Shown piece by piece: positions 9,046 through 17,702 of a stretch of 64,000 nt of DNA. This stretch comes from an uncultured Acidimicrobiaceae bacterium (GTDB lineage: Bacteria; Actinomycetota; Acidimicrobiia; Spongiisociales; ZC4RG35), in assembly GCA_964571765.1 (NCBI GenBank), contig CAZNDH010000005.1:10427-74426 (forward strand), in the 5' to 3' direction. The notes beneath the pieces were generated by a model. That model saw nothing but the letters and a program-made list of their open reading frames with translations, was not told the origin of the DNA and did no database searches. A program made the position numbers and the translations under genes. Numbering within the stretch: the stretch's first letter is position 1; the number at the start of each line of letters is the position of its first letter.

Positions 9046-9923
9046 GCGACCAGGTGATCTTCGACCGGGGGTATCGGACCTATGACGGTCCGAGAAGAGG
9101 GCCGTCGGGAGCGAGACGGGCGGTGTACAAGGAGGGCCTGCGCCGGGTATTCGGCCTGGGTCGGAAGGGCCGCTACAAGGTGTTCCCCTGGACACTGATA
9201 AGCATCGCCCTCGTCAGCGCGGCCATCTTCGTCGGCATCCACTGGGCGATCGGTGACATCGCCGAGAGCATCGGAGCGGGAGTGCCCAGCTATGGAGAGC
9301 TCTTCGACTTCTACTCATGGGTCTCCCTCTTGTTCATCGCCTTCGCCGGACCTGCGCTTCTCATCCCCGATCGGACCAAGGGGGTCCTCTCCATCTACTT
9401 CTCCCGACCCCTGACCGTCGACGGCTACCTGACCGCCAAGGTCGGTGCCTTCGCCACGGTGGTCGGAGCCATATATCTGGTCCCTCAGCTCGTGCTCCAC
9501 ACCGGCCTCTCCTTGATCTCCACCGACGGCTTCCTCGGATACATGGCCGACAACCTCGACGTACTGTGGAAGGTGCCGGCAACCGCGCTCGGCTTCGTCG
9601 CCCTCCACTGGGCCCTGATCTTCGCCCTGTCGGCGGTGATCGGCCGACCGGGAATCGCGGCCGCCGCCTATTTGGGGGTCATCATCGCCGGAGGGGGCAT
9701 CGCCGGACAGGTGGCCACCGCCTCGTTCCCGGGGGCGAGATGGGTTTCGCTGCTCGCCCTCGACCAGCACCCCCGGATCATCCGGGACCACCTGTTCAAC
9801 GACACCGTCGACTACCCGGCGGAGATCGCCGGATTCGAGGTGTGGGCTTCGGTGGTTGTGATCGCCGTGGTGGTTGCCCTCGCCGCGTGGTTCGTCCGCT
9901 CCCGATACCGGAGGCTGGCATGA
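9042..9923 (+). CDS. ABC-2-type membrane permease-like protein
   Basis: GTGA overlap with the upstream ATPase. N-terminus 'VIFDRGYRTYDGPRRG', then about 6 hydrophobic segments. Confidence 0.62.
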   Translation: MSDQVIFDRGYRTYDGPRRGPSGARRAVYKEGLRRVFGLGRKGRYKVFPWTLISIALVSAAIFVGIHWAIGDIAESIGAGVPSYGELFDFYSWVSLLFIAFAGPALLIPDRTKGVLSIYFSRPLTVDGYLTAKVGAFATVVGAIYLVPQLVLHTGLSLISTDGFLGYMADNLDVLWKVPATALGFVALHWALIFALSAVIGRPGIAAAAYLGVIIAGGGIAGQVATASFPGARWVSLLALDQHPRIIRDHLFNDTVDYPAEIAGFEVWASVVVIAVVVALAAWFVRSRYRRLA

Positions 9924-10837
9924 CCGACACCATCGTGGTCACCGATGTCTCCAAGTGGTTCGGGCTCAAGGTAGCGGTGAGCGAGGTGTCCGTCGGCTTC
10001 GGGCCGGGAGTCACCGGTCTGCTGGGTCCCAACGGGGCTGGCAAGACCACCTTGCTCCGCCTCATCGCCGGTCTGCAGAGACCTTCCCAAGGCCAGGTCC
10101 GGGTGCTCGGGGTGGATCCCCGTGCGGAGGTGGACGTCTACCGGAGGATGTCGCTTGTCCCCGAAGACGAGTCGATGTACGACCAGGAAACCGCCCTCCG
10201 CTTCGTGGAGACTTCGGCCCGCCTCGCCGGAGATGGGGACGCCAGGGCGACCGCCGAGCGGGCCTTGGCCACGGTGGAGCTGACCTCGGACGCACGACGT
10301 GAGCTGGGCAATTTCTCCAAGGGCATGCGGCAGCGGGCCAAGGTGGCCTCGGCCCTGGTCACCGACCCCGAGATCCTCCTGCTCGACGAGCCTCTCAATG
10401 GCGCCGACCCGGTGCAGAGGGCCCAGCTGATCCGCCTCTTCAAGGAGTTGGGGGATGCCGGGCGCACCGTGATCGTCTCCTCCCACGTTCTAGCCGAAGT
10501 GGAGCGCATGGCCGACCGTGTGGTCGCCATGGTCGACGGCCGGCTGGCCGCGGTGGGCAGCGTTGCCACCATCAGGGCAGCTATGACCGACCGGCCCCGC
10601 CAGGTCTTCATCGAGTGCAGCCATCCCCGGCTTCTCGCCGGGGAGTTGATGAGAGTCGAGGGCGTCGTCGGGGTCCACGTCTCGGGTGACAGCCTGCGGA
10701 TCGAGGCCTCCGACGCCCGCCAGGTAGCGCTGGCCATCCCCAGGATCGCCCTGGACAAGGGCATCACCCTCTCCAGCTTGAGCCCCTCCGACGAGTCCCT
10801 GGAGTCTGTGTTCCGCTACCTGGTCGAGAAGCGATGA
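9920..10837 (+). CDS. ABC transporter ATP-binding protein (second copy)
   Basis: ATGA overlap with the preceding permease. Walker A 'GPNGAGKTT', signature 'FSKGMRQRA', Walker B 'ILLLDEPLNGAD'. The ORF 9317..10837 was trimmed to the ATG at 9920. Confidence 0.85.
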   Translation: MTDTIVVTDVSKWFGLKVAVSEVSVGFGPGVTGLLGPNGAGKTTLLRLIAGLQRPSQGQVRVLGVDPRAEVDVYRRMSLVPEDESMYDQETALRFVETSARLAGDGDARATAERALATVELTSDARRELGNFSKGMRQRAKVASALVTDPEILLLDEPLNGADPVQRAQLIRLFKELGDAGRTVIVSSHVLAEVERMADRVVAMVDGRLAAVGSVATIRAAMTDRPRQVFIECSHPRLLAGELMRVEGVVGVHVSGDSLRIEASDARQVALAIPRIALDKGITLSSLSPSDESLESVFRYLVEKR

Positions 10838-11565
10838 CGCTGGTCTCACATCTCTACCGGAGGCTGATGCGCCGGGGACGGGTGATCGCCCTGCTTGCCC
10901 TGGCCTCGGTCCCTGCCGTGGTGTTCTGGCTGGTGTCGATCGACACCCCTCCCGATCGCCGGGGGTCAACCTACCCCGAGATCATTGCGTCGGGGGGATA
11001 CTCCTTCGCCATTGCCGTCCTCATCCTCACCGTGGCCACCCTGCGCGACGAGAGAGACGCGGGGACCCTCCCCTACATCTACATGAAGCCGATAGCTCGT
11101 CCCGCCTTCTCGATCTACTCGGTGGCCGCGGGTGCCCTGGCCGCTCTGGTCATCGCCGGGGGCGGCTGGCTGCTCAGCTTTCTCTCCGCGCTGTCCGTGG
11201 GTGTCGATCCCACATATGCAGTCACCGGGCTCAGCCTGTTCGCCGCGGCGGCCATCGGCTATTCGGGAGTGTTCGTGCCTCTCGGATACCTGGTGCCCCG
11301 AGCCCTGCTGGTCGGCCTGGGATACGTGGTTGTGGTGGAGCTGATCGTCGCTTCCGCAGTGGCTGGTCTCGCTCAGATCTCCATATGGCGGATCGCGGTC
11401 TCCATCTACGCCGACCTGGTGCCCGGGAGCCCGTCCCCCGCCGTCGGCGAGATCCTCGGGCCGGTGGAGCCGGGCCTTTGGGGGGGCATGGCCAAGCTGG
11501 GCGTAGTCCTACTTCTCGGCTGGGCGACCCTCACCTGGGCATTGCGTCGTCGCGACGCGGTCTGA
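10834..11565 (+). CDS. ABC-2-type membrane permease-like protein (second copy)
   Basis: ATGA overlap with the preceding ATPase. 243 aa with about 6 hydrophobic helices. Confidence 0.6.
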   Translation: MTLVSHLYRRLMRRGRVIALLALASVPAVVFWLVSIDTPPDRRGSTYPEIIASGGYSFAIAVLILTVATLRDERDAGTLPYIYMKPIARPAFSIYSVAAGALAALVIAGGGWLLSFLSALSVGVDPTYAVTGLSLFAAAAIGYSGVFVPLGYLVPRALLVGLGYVVVVELIVASAVAGLAQISIWRIAVSIYADLVPGSPSPAVGEILGPVEPGLWGGMAKLGVVLLLGWATLTWALRRRDAV

Positions 11566-11579
11566 GGTAGCTGGGTCGC

Positions 11580-12581
11580 TCAGTACTCGGCATCGGGCCG
11601 GCGCTGTCTGGAAGGCTGGACTCGGGGTGGCTCGCCGGGCATCTTCGGGTAGTGGGGCGGCCATGGGGCGTCACCGAGGCCTTTGGCCTCATCCCGTGCC
11701 ACCCACTCCATGAGCAAGTCGATCCGGCCCGCCGACAGATCGATCCCATCGGTGAGGTCACCCTTCTCCTCCCAGCGGGTGGCGAACCCGTCCAGGGGGA
11801 AGTCCTCGATCTCGACGTCCTCCAGCTCGTCCCAGGTGAATGGAGCGGAAACACATCCTGTGGGTCGCACGCCGTAGGCTGAGGACACCGTCTTGTCCCG
11901 GGCGTTCTGGTTGTAGTCGATGAACACCCCGTGGCGCTCCTCCTTCCACCAGGCGGTGGTCACCAGTCCCTCCATCCTCCTCTCCAGTTCCCGGGCGAAG
12001 GCGAGCACCGCCCGCCGGGTCTGGAAGAAGTCCCACAACGGCTCGATTCGCACATAGACATGGATGCCCCGGCTGCCACTCGTCTTCGGCCAGCCCACCA
12101 GTCCGACCTCGTCGAGCAGCTCCCCGGCGCCGGCCACCGCTTGTTTCACCTCGGCGAACCCCACTCCCGGTGTCGGGTCGAAGTCGAAACGAAGTTCGTC
12201 TGGGTGGTCGGTGTCCTCGGCCCGGACCGGCCAGGGATGGAAATCGAGACAGCCCAGCTGGGCCAGCCGGACTACGTCGGCTTCGGACCGGGGGACGTTC
12301 ATCCGGCCGGGCCGCTGGGATGGGAACCTGATCTGCACCGTGTCGAAAGGGGTATTGGCCGCGGCCCGCTTGTGGTAGATCGGCTCGACGGTGACGTCTG
12401 TCATGTACCGCTTCAGCATGGTGGGCCGACCGGCGATGCCTCGGAGCGCGCCCGGGACCACCCGGATGAAGTGATCGACTATGTCGAGCTTGGTCCATCC
12501 CTGGTCGGGGAACACCACCCTCCCCGGACTTGTGATCCGGATCTCCTCCCCGCCCACAACTACGTCGGTGTGATCAGACAT
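11580..12581 (-). CDS. LigD-type polymerase/primase domain protein (stand-alone Prim-Pol)
   Basis: 'RITSPGRVVFPDQGWTKLDIVDHF', 'GRPTMLKRY', 'DFHPWPVRAEDTDHPDELRFDFDP' and 'GSRGIHVYVRI' are archaeo-eukaryotic-primase-type motifs. Confidence 0.85.
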   Translation of the reverse strand: MSDHTDVVVGGEEIRITSPGRVVFPDQGWTKLDIVDHFIRVVPGALRGIAGRPTMLKRYMTDVTVEPIYHKRAAANTPFDTVQIRFPSQRPGRMNVPRSEADVVRLAQLGCLDFHPWPVRAEDTDHPDELRFDFDPTPGVGFAEVKQAVAGAGELLDEVGLVGWPKTSGSRGIHVYVRIEPLWDFFQTRRAVLAFARELERRMEGLVTTAWWKEERHGVFIDYNQNARDKTVSSAYGVRPTGCVSAPFTWDELEDVEIEDFPLDGFATRWEEKGDLTDGIDLSAGRIDLLMEWVARDEAKGLGDAPWPPHYPKMPGEPPRVQPSRQRRPDAEY

Positions 12582-12587
12582 GACTAT

Positions 12588-12625
12588 CTAAGGTGTGGGC
12601 CGGGTTCACAGAGCCCCCACCTTAG
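12588..12625. promoter_or_regulatory. 38-nt inverted repeat in the divergent region upstream of the Prim-Pol gene
   Basis: 'CTAAGGTGtGGGC -N12- GCCCcCACCTTAG', 12 of 13 positions pairing. It begins 7 nt upstream of the Prim-Pol ATG (12581). Confidence 0.35.
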
Positions 12626-12668
12626 AAAGTGGCGCGATGCCCCGGAAGATCAGTGTGAAAGTGTCGAT

Positions 12669-13148
12669 GTGACTGACCAGGCTCCTCACCCCGAGCCCGC
12701 TGAACTGGCCGATTGGCACCGTGCCCTGGCTCCGGTGGCCTTCAACCACACCTGGGAGCTTCTCGACCAGGATGGTCTCAGCCGGGAACAGGAGGAGGAG
12801 ATGCTCTCGGCAGCCTTCGCCCAGAGGTACCACTGGTATCAGGTTGGCGAGCCGAGAAGCTGGGCTATTGCCGATTGGCAGGTGTCACGGGTGGCCGCGG
12901 TGCTGGGCTACGCCGACCTTGCCTTCCGCTTCGGGCACCGATCACTCGAGATCTGCGTCGAGCATGGCCTCGACCCGTTCGTCACCGGCTTCGCCCATGA
13001 GGCGATCGCCCGGGCCGCCGCTGAGGTAGACGACCTCGACACTTTCACCGAGCACCTCGAGTCGGCCAAGTCCAAGCTGGCCGAGGTGGAGGACCCCGAG
13101 GAGCGGGAGACATTGGAGGCCGATCTCGCCGAGATGTCCGAACGATGA
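12669..13148 (+). CDS. hypothetical helical protein, about 159 aa
   Basis: The protein-like part of ORF 11931..13148 begins near 'VTDQAPHPEPAELADWHRALAPVAFNHTWELLD'. The GTG at 12669 is the first plausible start. ATGA coupling to the downstream GNAT gene. Confidence 0.5.
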   Translation: MTDQAPHPEPAELADWHRALAPVAFNHTWELLDQDGLSREQEEEMLSAAFAQRYHWYQVGEPRSWAIADWQVSRVAAVLGYADLAFRFGHRSLEICVEHGLDPFVTGFAHEAIARAAAEVDDLDTFTEHLESAKSKLAEVEDPEERETLEADLAEMSER

Positions 13149-13699
13149 GTCACCAAAGCGGGACGGTGGTCTCCATCGGCCCGGTGTCACGCTGGACCGA
13201 CGAGCAGACCACTCAGCTAAGGGTGCTCACCGAGGCCGTCTACCCCCCGGATGAAGCAGGGGCTTGGCCGGGAAGAGACCTCGAGTGGGCGCGAGCGGAC
13301 ATGGGCGTCAGGGTGGTCGACGCCTCCGGATGGCTGGTCTCCTACGTCGGGGTGCTCACCCGTGAGGGCACCCACGACAGCCGCGATGTGGTCATCGGGG
13401 GCATCGGCGGGGTCAAGACCCATCCCGACAAGCGGGGCATGGGCCTGGCGGCGTTGGGAATGGAGCGGGCCACCGAATGGCTCACCGAGGACGCCAAGGT
13501 GGACTTCGGGCTGCTGGTCTGCCAGGAGGAGCTCCTCGGCTACTACGAGAACATGGGGTGGAGGCATTTCCACGGAACCCTGCTCACCCGCCAGCACGGC
13601 GAGACGGTCGAGTTCACCTTCAATCAGGTGATGACCAGGGACATCGTCGGCGAGGGGCCAACCGAAGGGACTATCGATCTGCAGGGTCCGCCCTGGTGA
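13145..13699 (+). CDS. GNAT family N-acetyltransferase (resembles AAC(2')-type enzymes)
   Basis: Acetyl-CoA motif A 'IGGVKTHPDKRGMGLAALGMERATEWL'. The length (184 aa) and the C-terminal '...DLQGPPW' recall mycobacterial AAC(2'). Confidence 0.72.
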   Translation: MSHQSGTVVSIGPVSRWTDEQTTQLRVLTEAVYPPDEAGAWPGRDLEWARADMGVRVVDASGWLVSYVGVLTREGTHDSRDVVIGGIGGVKTHPDKRGMGLAALGMERATEWLTEDAKVDFGLLVCQEELLGYYENMGWRHFHGTLLTRQHGETVEFTFNQVMTRDIVGEGPTEGTIDLQGPPW

Positions 13700-13764
13700 C
13701 CCCGCCGCCTGGAGTCACCGGAGCGGGACAATTCGGGTGACGCGAGACGCAGGGCCCCATTAGC

Positions 13765-14247
13765 GTGCCGGCCGTGCCGGTGGTCCACCAGATCAGTGTC
13801 TCGGAGGGCGGGGTTCCCAAGCTGGCGGTGAGCCACGCCTTCATCGACTCTTCCGGTGTGGTGGGCGACCAACAGGCAGATCGGGTCCACCATGGCTCAC
13901 CCGACCAGGCGTTGTGCCTTTTCTCCTTGGAGGTCATCGAGCGCTTTCAGGAGGAGGGACATCCCATCGCCCCCGGCTATGCCGGGGAGAACCTGACCAT
14001 TGCCGGTCTCGACTGGGCCACCGTGCTGCCTGGCAACAGGTACCGAATCGGCGACGAGGTCGAGATCGAAATCACCCACTACACCACGCCCTGTGCCAAG
14101 AACGCCGGTTGGTTCGCCGATGGCCGGTTCTCCCGGATGTTGCACACTCGCCATCATGGGGAATCCCGGGTATACGCCAGGGTGCTGCAGAGCGGCGAGG
14201 TGGTCCAGGGCTCCGAGGTGGTTGAGCTGTCGACTGCAGGCCCCTGA
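13765..14247 (+). CDS. MOSC domain-containing protein
   Basis: 'GVVGDQQADRVHHGSPDQALCLFSLEVIERF', 'GYAGENLTIAGLDW', 'IGDEVEIEITHYTTPCAKNAGWF' with the conserved Cys. GTG start. Confidence 0.8.
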   Translation: MPAVPVVHQISVSEGGVPKLAVSHAFIDSSGVVGDQQADRVHHGSPDQALCLFSLEVIERFQEEGHPIAPGYAGENLTIAGLDWATVLPGNRYRIGDEVEIEITHYTTPCAKNAGWFADGRFSRMLHTRHHGESRVYARVLQSGEVVQGSEVVELSTAGP

Positions 14248-14263
14248 CCCTCCCTCACTACGG

Positions 14264-14280
14264 GCCGACCTGGAGTCGGC
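14264..14280. terminator. small hairpin between the convergent MOSC and dienelactone hydrolase genes
   Basis: 'GCCGAC ctgga GTCGGC', a 6-bp stem in the 110-nt convergent gap. Confidence 0.3.
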
Positions 14281-14357
14281 TGATTGGAGTCAAGCGCAGC
14301 TACGAGGCGACACCCTCCACAGGCGAACCAGGACGTCCCACCGGGCTGGGCCTCGGC

Positions 14358-15026
14358 TCAGGGCTCGAGCTTTTCGACAAGGAATTCGACGGTGCGACCC
14401 CAAGCCTCCTCGAAGGCGGTCGGATCGAAGCTGTCACCATCGGGCTCACAGAAGCCGTGGCGGGTCCCCGGGTACCGGATCACCTCGACGGGCAGTTCCT
14501 CGAGCCCCATGGTCGCCTCCATGAACACCGCCTCGTCGTCGGTGATGTACTCGTCGATCTCGGCGAGGTGGATCAGATAGGCAGAGCGGGAGCCGGCAAA
14601 GTCGATCTGCTGGGTCCCGTAGAAGGAGACTGCCGCCCCCACCATGCCGGCGAGTCTCACCGAGGCCCATAGTCCCATCGATCCGCCCATGCCGAAGCCG
14701 ACCACGCCGATGGGGCCTTCGGCCGATTTCTCGTAGAGGAGGCCAGCCGAGGACATCACCAGGGAGGCGAGTCGGTCGGGGCTGGCCGCGCCCAGGTGGT
14801 CGACCGCCTCCCTCTCGGTGGTGGGGAGCTCTCCAAAGTTGATGTCCGGGGCGAGTACGGTGAAGCCCCGATCGGCGAGACGGTCGGCGAGGCCTTTCAC
14901 CGATGAGGTGAGACCCCAGAAGGAGTGGAGGACGAGCACCCCGGGCCCGGTCCTGTCCTGGACGAAGTAGGCCGTCTCACGAACCACGGTGACAAAGCTA
15001 GGTGGCCGCCGGGGATTGTGTGACAC
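14358..15026 (-). CDS. dienelactone hydrolase family protein
   Basis: 'GPGVLVLHSFWGLTSSVKGLADRLADRGFTVLAPD' plus a nucleophile-elbow region 'VGFGMGGSMGLW' and the C-terminal 'YPGTRHGFCEPD'. Confidence 0.8.
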   Translation of the reverse strand: MSHNPRRPPSFVTVVRETAYFVQDRTGPGVLVLHSFWGLTSSVKGLADRLADRGFTVLAPDINFGELPTTEREAVDHLGAASPDRLASLVMSSAGLLYEKSAEGPIGVVGFGMGGSMGLWASVRLAGMVGAAVSFYGTQQIDFAGSRSAYLIHLAEIDEYITDDEAVFMEATMGLEELPVEVIRYPGTRHGFCEPDGDSFDPTAFEEAWGRTVEFLVEKLEP

Positions 15027-15159
15027 CGTCCCGTCGTAACATCGACGCCGATGGCCCCGGACCAGGACCGCCCTGTCATCGATTCAACGGCCACACCCGC
15101 GGTGTACCAGGCCACCGCTGCAGGTTCGAGGCGTTCGCCGTCACGGAGAGGGTGACCGG

Positions 15160-16845
15160 GTGAGCACCGCGGCCGCGCCGCTCCGCATCCCCCGGTTCCG
15201 CGCCATGTGGACCGCCACCGTCTTCTCTGCCACGGGGACCTTCATCCAGACAGTGGCCGGGTCATGGCTGATGTTCGAGTTGACCGGCTCCAGCACCTGG
15301 GTGGGCCTCATGGTTGCCTCGGCCACCCTCCCCCTTCTCTTCTTCTCCCTGACATCGGGAGCCCTGGCAGACATGTTCGATCGCACCCGAATCATGCTGA
15401 TCGCCCAGTCGGTGATGGGCCTCTCCGCTCTTGCCATGGCGGTGCTGAGCCACCTGGGCCGGATGACCCCCGGGCTGCTCCTCCTCCTCGGCCTTATGCT
15501 CGGCCTGGGGGGCGCCCTGAACTTGCCTGCCGCCCAGGCTCTCCTTCCCGACCTGGTCCCTCGGGGGATGATCGCCTCGGCGGTGGCCCTCCAGTCGGCG
15601 GCGTACAACGCCGCCCGAGCGGTGGGGCCTGCAGTCGGTGGCTTCCTGGTGTTCGCCTACGGCCCCGCCCTGGGGTTCGGGATAAACGCCCTCTCCTATT
15701 TGGCCCTGATCGCCGTCCTGGTGGCCATCGCCCCCAGCCTCACCGAACGGGCCAGAGAGACCGCCTCAGTGTCGAGCGCCACCACCATCGGGATCCGTTA
15801 CGCCCGTTTCACCCCCCCTTTCCGCAGGCTCCTCGCCCTGGTCGCCGTGTTCGGGGTCACCTCGGCGGTGTTGCAGGCCATCCTGCCGGTCCACACCGAC
15901 AACCTGGGAGGAGGCGCCGGCACCTTTGGTCTCCTCCTCGGGGCCATGGGTGCCGGCGCTCTCATGGCGGTGGTCATCCGGCCCCGACTGGTGGCAGCGG
16001 TCGATAGCCATATCGTTCCCTACACCATCTCCGCGTTCGGGCTGGCCGGGGTCCTGCTCGCGGTGGCACCCAACCTGTGGGTGGCCGGAGGGGCCATGTT
16101 GCTCTCCGGGGTCTTCTGGCTGCTCACCCTGTCGACCCTCAACACCACCGCGCAACTGATGGCCCCGGAGTGGATCAGGGGTAGGGCGATGTCGCTCTAC
16201 ACCCTGGCCTTCGCCGGCATCACCCCGCTGGGAGCGATCCTCTCCGGAGTCGTCGCCGATCAGGTGGGGACCGCCGGCACTCTGGTTGCCTTCTCCTTGG
16301 GGTCGATTGCCCTGGGGCTGGCTACCCCCCGCTTCGGGGTGCCGCGCCCCGAGGACGTCGAGTCCCCTGAGTTCACCAACGTCGATTCGACCACGGCTCA
16401 CCAGGGCACCCACATCGAGGGCGGCCCGGTGGTGGTGCTCAACACCTGGGTGATCGACGAGGAGGACTATCCCCGCTTCCTCATGGTGATGGGTCAGCTC
16501 CGGCTGGTCAGGCTGAGCACCGGCGCCTACCGGTGGCGGCTGATGCGCAACGTCTCCGACCCGACCCGGATCACCGAGCTGTTCGCCAACCACAGCTGGG
16601 AGGAGCACCTCGCCCAACACCGCCGGATCGACGACGCCTCGGCGAACGTGATTCGCCGGGCACGCCAGTTCGACCGTCGAGGGGGGCCGGTCACCCGCCA
16701 CCTCATCGCGGTCGACGTCGCTGAAGCGATCGACTCACTCGACTTCGAGGTCATGGTGGCCACTCACGAGGAGATGCATCGCACAGACGGCTCGATTCCC
16801 TTGACTACCGGAGATGACCCTAGGCCAGGGCCATCTCCCTCTTGA
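15160..16845 (+). CDS. MFS transporter (EntS/MFS_3-like, about 12 TM) with a C-terminal soluble extension of about 150 aa
   Basis: GTG start preceded by GGAGAGG. 'RFRAMWTATVFSATGTFIQTVAGSWLM' and 'GALADMFDRTRIM' are MFS_3-type motifs. The hydrophilic tail starts at 'EFTNVDSTTAHQG...VVVLNTWVIDEEDYPRFL'. Confidence 0.8.
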   Translation: MSTAAAPLRIPRFRAMWTATVFSATGTFIQTVAGSWLMFELTGSSTWVGLMVASATLPLLFFSLTSGALADMFDRTRIMLIAQSVMGLSALAMAVLSHLGRMTPGLLLLLGLMLGLGGALNLPAAQALLPDLVPRGMIASAVALQSAAYNAARAVGPAVGGFLVFAYGPALGFGINALSYLALIAVLVAIAPSLTERARETASVSSATTIGIRYARFTPPFRRLLALVAVFGVTSAVLQAILPVHTDNLGGGAGTFGLLLGAMGAGALMAVVIRPRLVAAVDSHIVPYTISAFGLAGVLLAVAPNLWVAGGAMLLSGVFWLLTLSTLNTTAQLMAPEWIRGRAMSLYTLAFAGITPLGAILSGVVADQVGTAGTLVAFSLGSIALGLATPRFGVPRPEDVESPEFTNVDSTTAHQGTHIEGGPVVVLNTWVIDEEDYPRFLMVMGQLRLVRLSTGAYRWRLMRNVSDPTRITELFANHSWEEHLAQHRRIDDASANVIRRARQFDRRGGPVTRHLIAVDVAEAIDSLDFEVMVATHEEMHRTDGSIPLTTGDDPRPGPSPS

Positions 16846-17491
16846 AACGCTTCCAGTCGGAGCTCTTCGTCGACCAGAAGATATCGAAAACCACGCTCAC
16901 CAGGAAGAACACCACTAGGCCCCAGACCGCCCATGAAGGCAACCCGGCGGCGATTGCTGCGCCCAGCAAAGCCAGCGGAAGGATCTTGGTGGTGATCGCC
17001 CCGGCGGCGTGCATCCAAGCCCTGTTGGTCGCCGGAGCCAGCAGGTAAGTCCGGTAATCCACCTTTATCCCCGGCTGAGGTCGTAGAACGCTTCCGACGA
17101 ACCAGCTGGTGAAGCGGATGCCAAGGAGGCGCCCCACCACGAGATGGGCCAGGCCGTGGGTGCTGGGGAGCATCGCCACCATGCCCAGATAGAAGACGAC
17201 CACCGCCGCCAACCCGTCGAGGTAGTAGGACAATCCAATAGCGACCAGCCCAGCGACCACCGCAACCGTGGCCAGGAACGTCCCCAAGCCGAAGGGGACG
17301 ACCATGAGGGCCCAATTGCGGTAGGCGGCGTCGTCGAGAGTGGCGATCCGGGCCCCGTACCGCTCGGCGAGCTCGCGATTCCCCTTGACCTGGCGCACTG
17401 CAGCCCAGAAGCCGGTGCCATCCAGCCCCTCACCCCGGGAGACATTCTCCTCCGCCCTTACCAGGGCCGCCTCGATCCCGGGCGTGTCCAT
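16820..17491 (-). CDS. hypothetical membrane protein, 223 aa
   Basis: ATG start. A soluble N-terminus of about 60 aa, then about 5 hydrophobic helices ('WALMVVPFGLGTFLATVAVVAGLVAIGL...'). I recognise no family. The 3' end overlaps the MFS 3' end by 26 nt (convergent). Confidence 0.55.
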   Translation of the reverse strand: MDTPGIEAALVRAEENVSRGEGLDGTGFWAAVRQVKGNRELAERYGARIATLDDAAYRNWALMVVPFGLGTFLATVAVVAGLVAIGLSYYLDGLAAVVVFYLGMVAMLPSTHGLAHLVVGRLLGIRFTSWFVGSVLRPQPGIKVDYRTYLLAPATNRAWMHAAGAITTKILPLALLGAAIAAGLPSWAVWGLVVFFLVSVVFDIFWSTKSSDWKRFKREMALA

Positions 17492-17670
17492 GGTGGAACA
17501 CTAGGGGGGTGCACGGAAAGGTGGCCCACTCCGCAGGGTCTTCCGGGACGGCCTGGCGATTCTCTCGGGCCGGGCAGGCATGGAGGCTTGTGTGACGCCG
17601 CACCACCAACACTCCACCCCGGGAGTCGGAAGGCCAGAAGGCGCAACCTCTGGGTACGTTCTCTCCGGTG

Positions 17671-17695
17671 CAACCGGACGGCGGTTTTCGGGGTT
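17671..17695 (+). promoter_or_regulatory. candidate ECF-type autoregulatory promoter (AACC-N17-GTT)
   Basis: 'gCAACC' (17671-75), 17 nt, then 'GTT' (17693-95). The sigma ATG at 17703 lies 8 nt downstream, so the transcript would be leaderless. The pattern resembles GGAAC-N16/17-GTT promoters but is degenerate. Confidence 0.22.
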
Positions 17696-17702
17696 CTATT
17701 CG

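Noticed and set aside
13695-13741. Recurrent GTCAC(C)...(G)GTGAC inverted repeats upstream of MOSC (13695-13741), the MFS gene (15140-15156) and whiB (63438-63451), considered as a shared operator
   Set aside because: The arm spacing differs widely (16/13, 7 and 2 nt). GGTGACC/GGTCACC strings are common in this GC-rich, Val/Thr/Gly/Asp-codon-rich DNA. Chance similarity is the most likely explanation.
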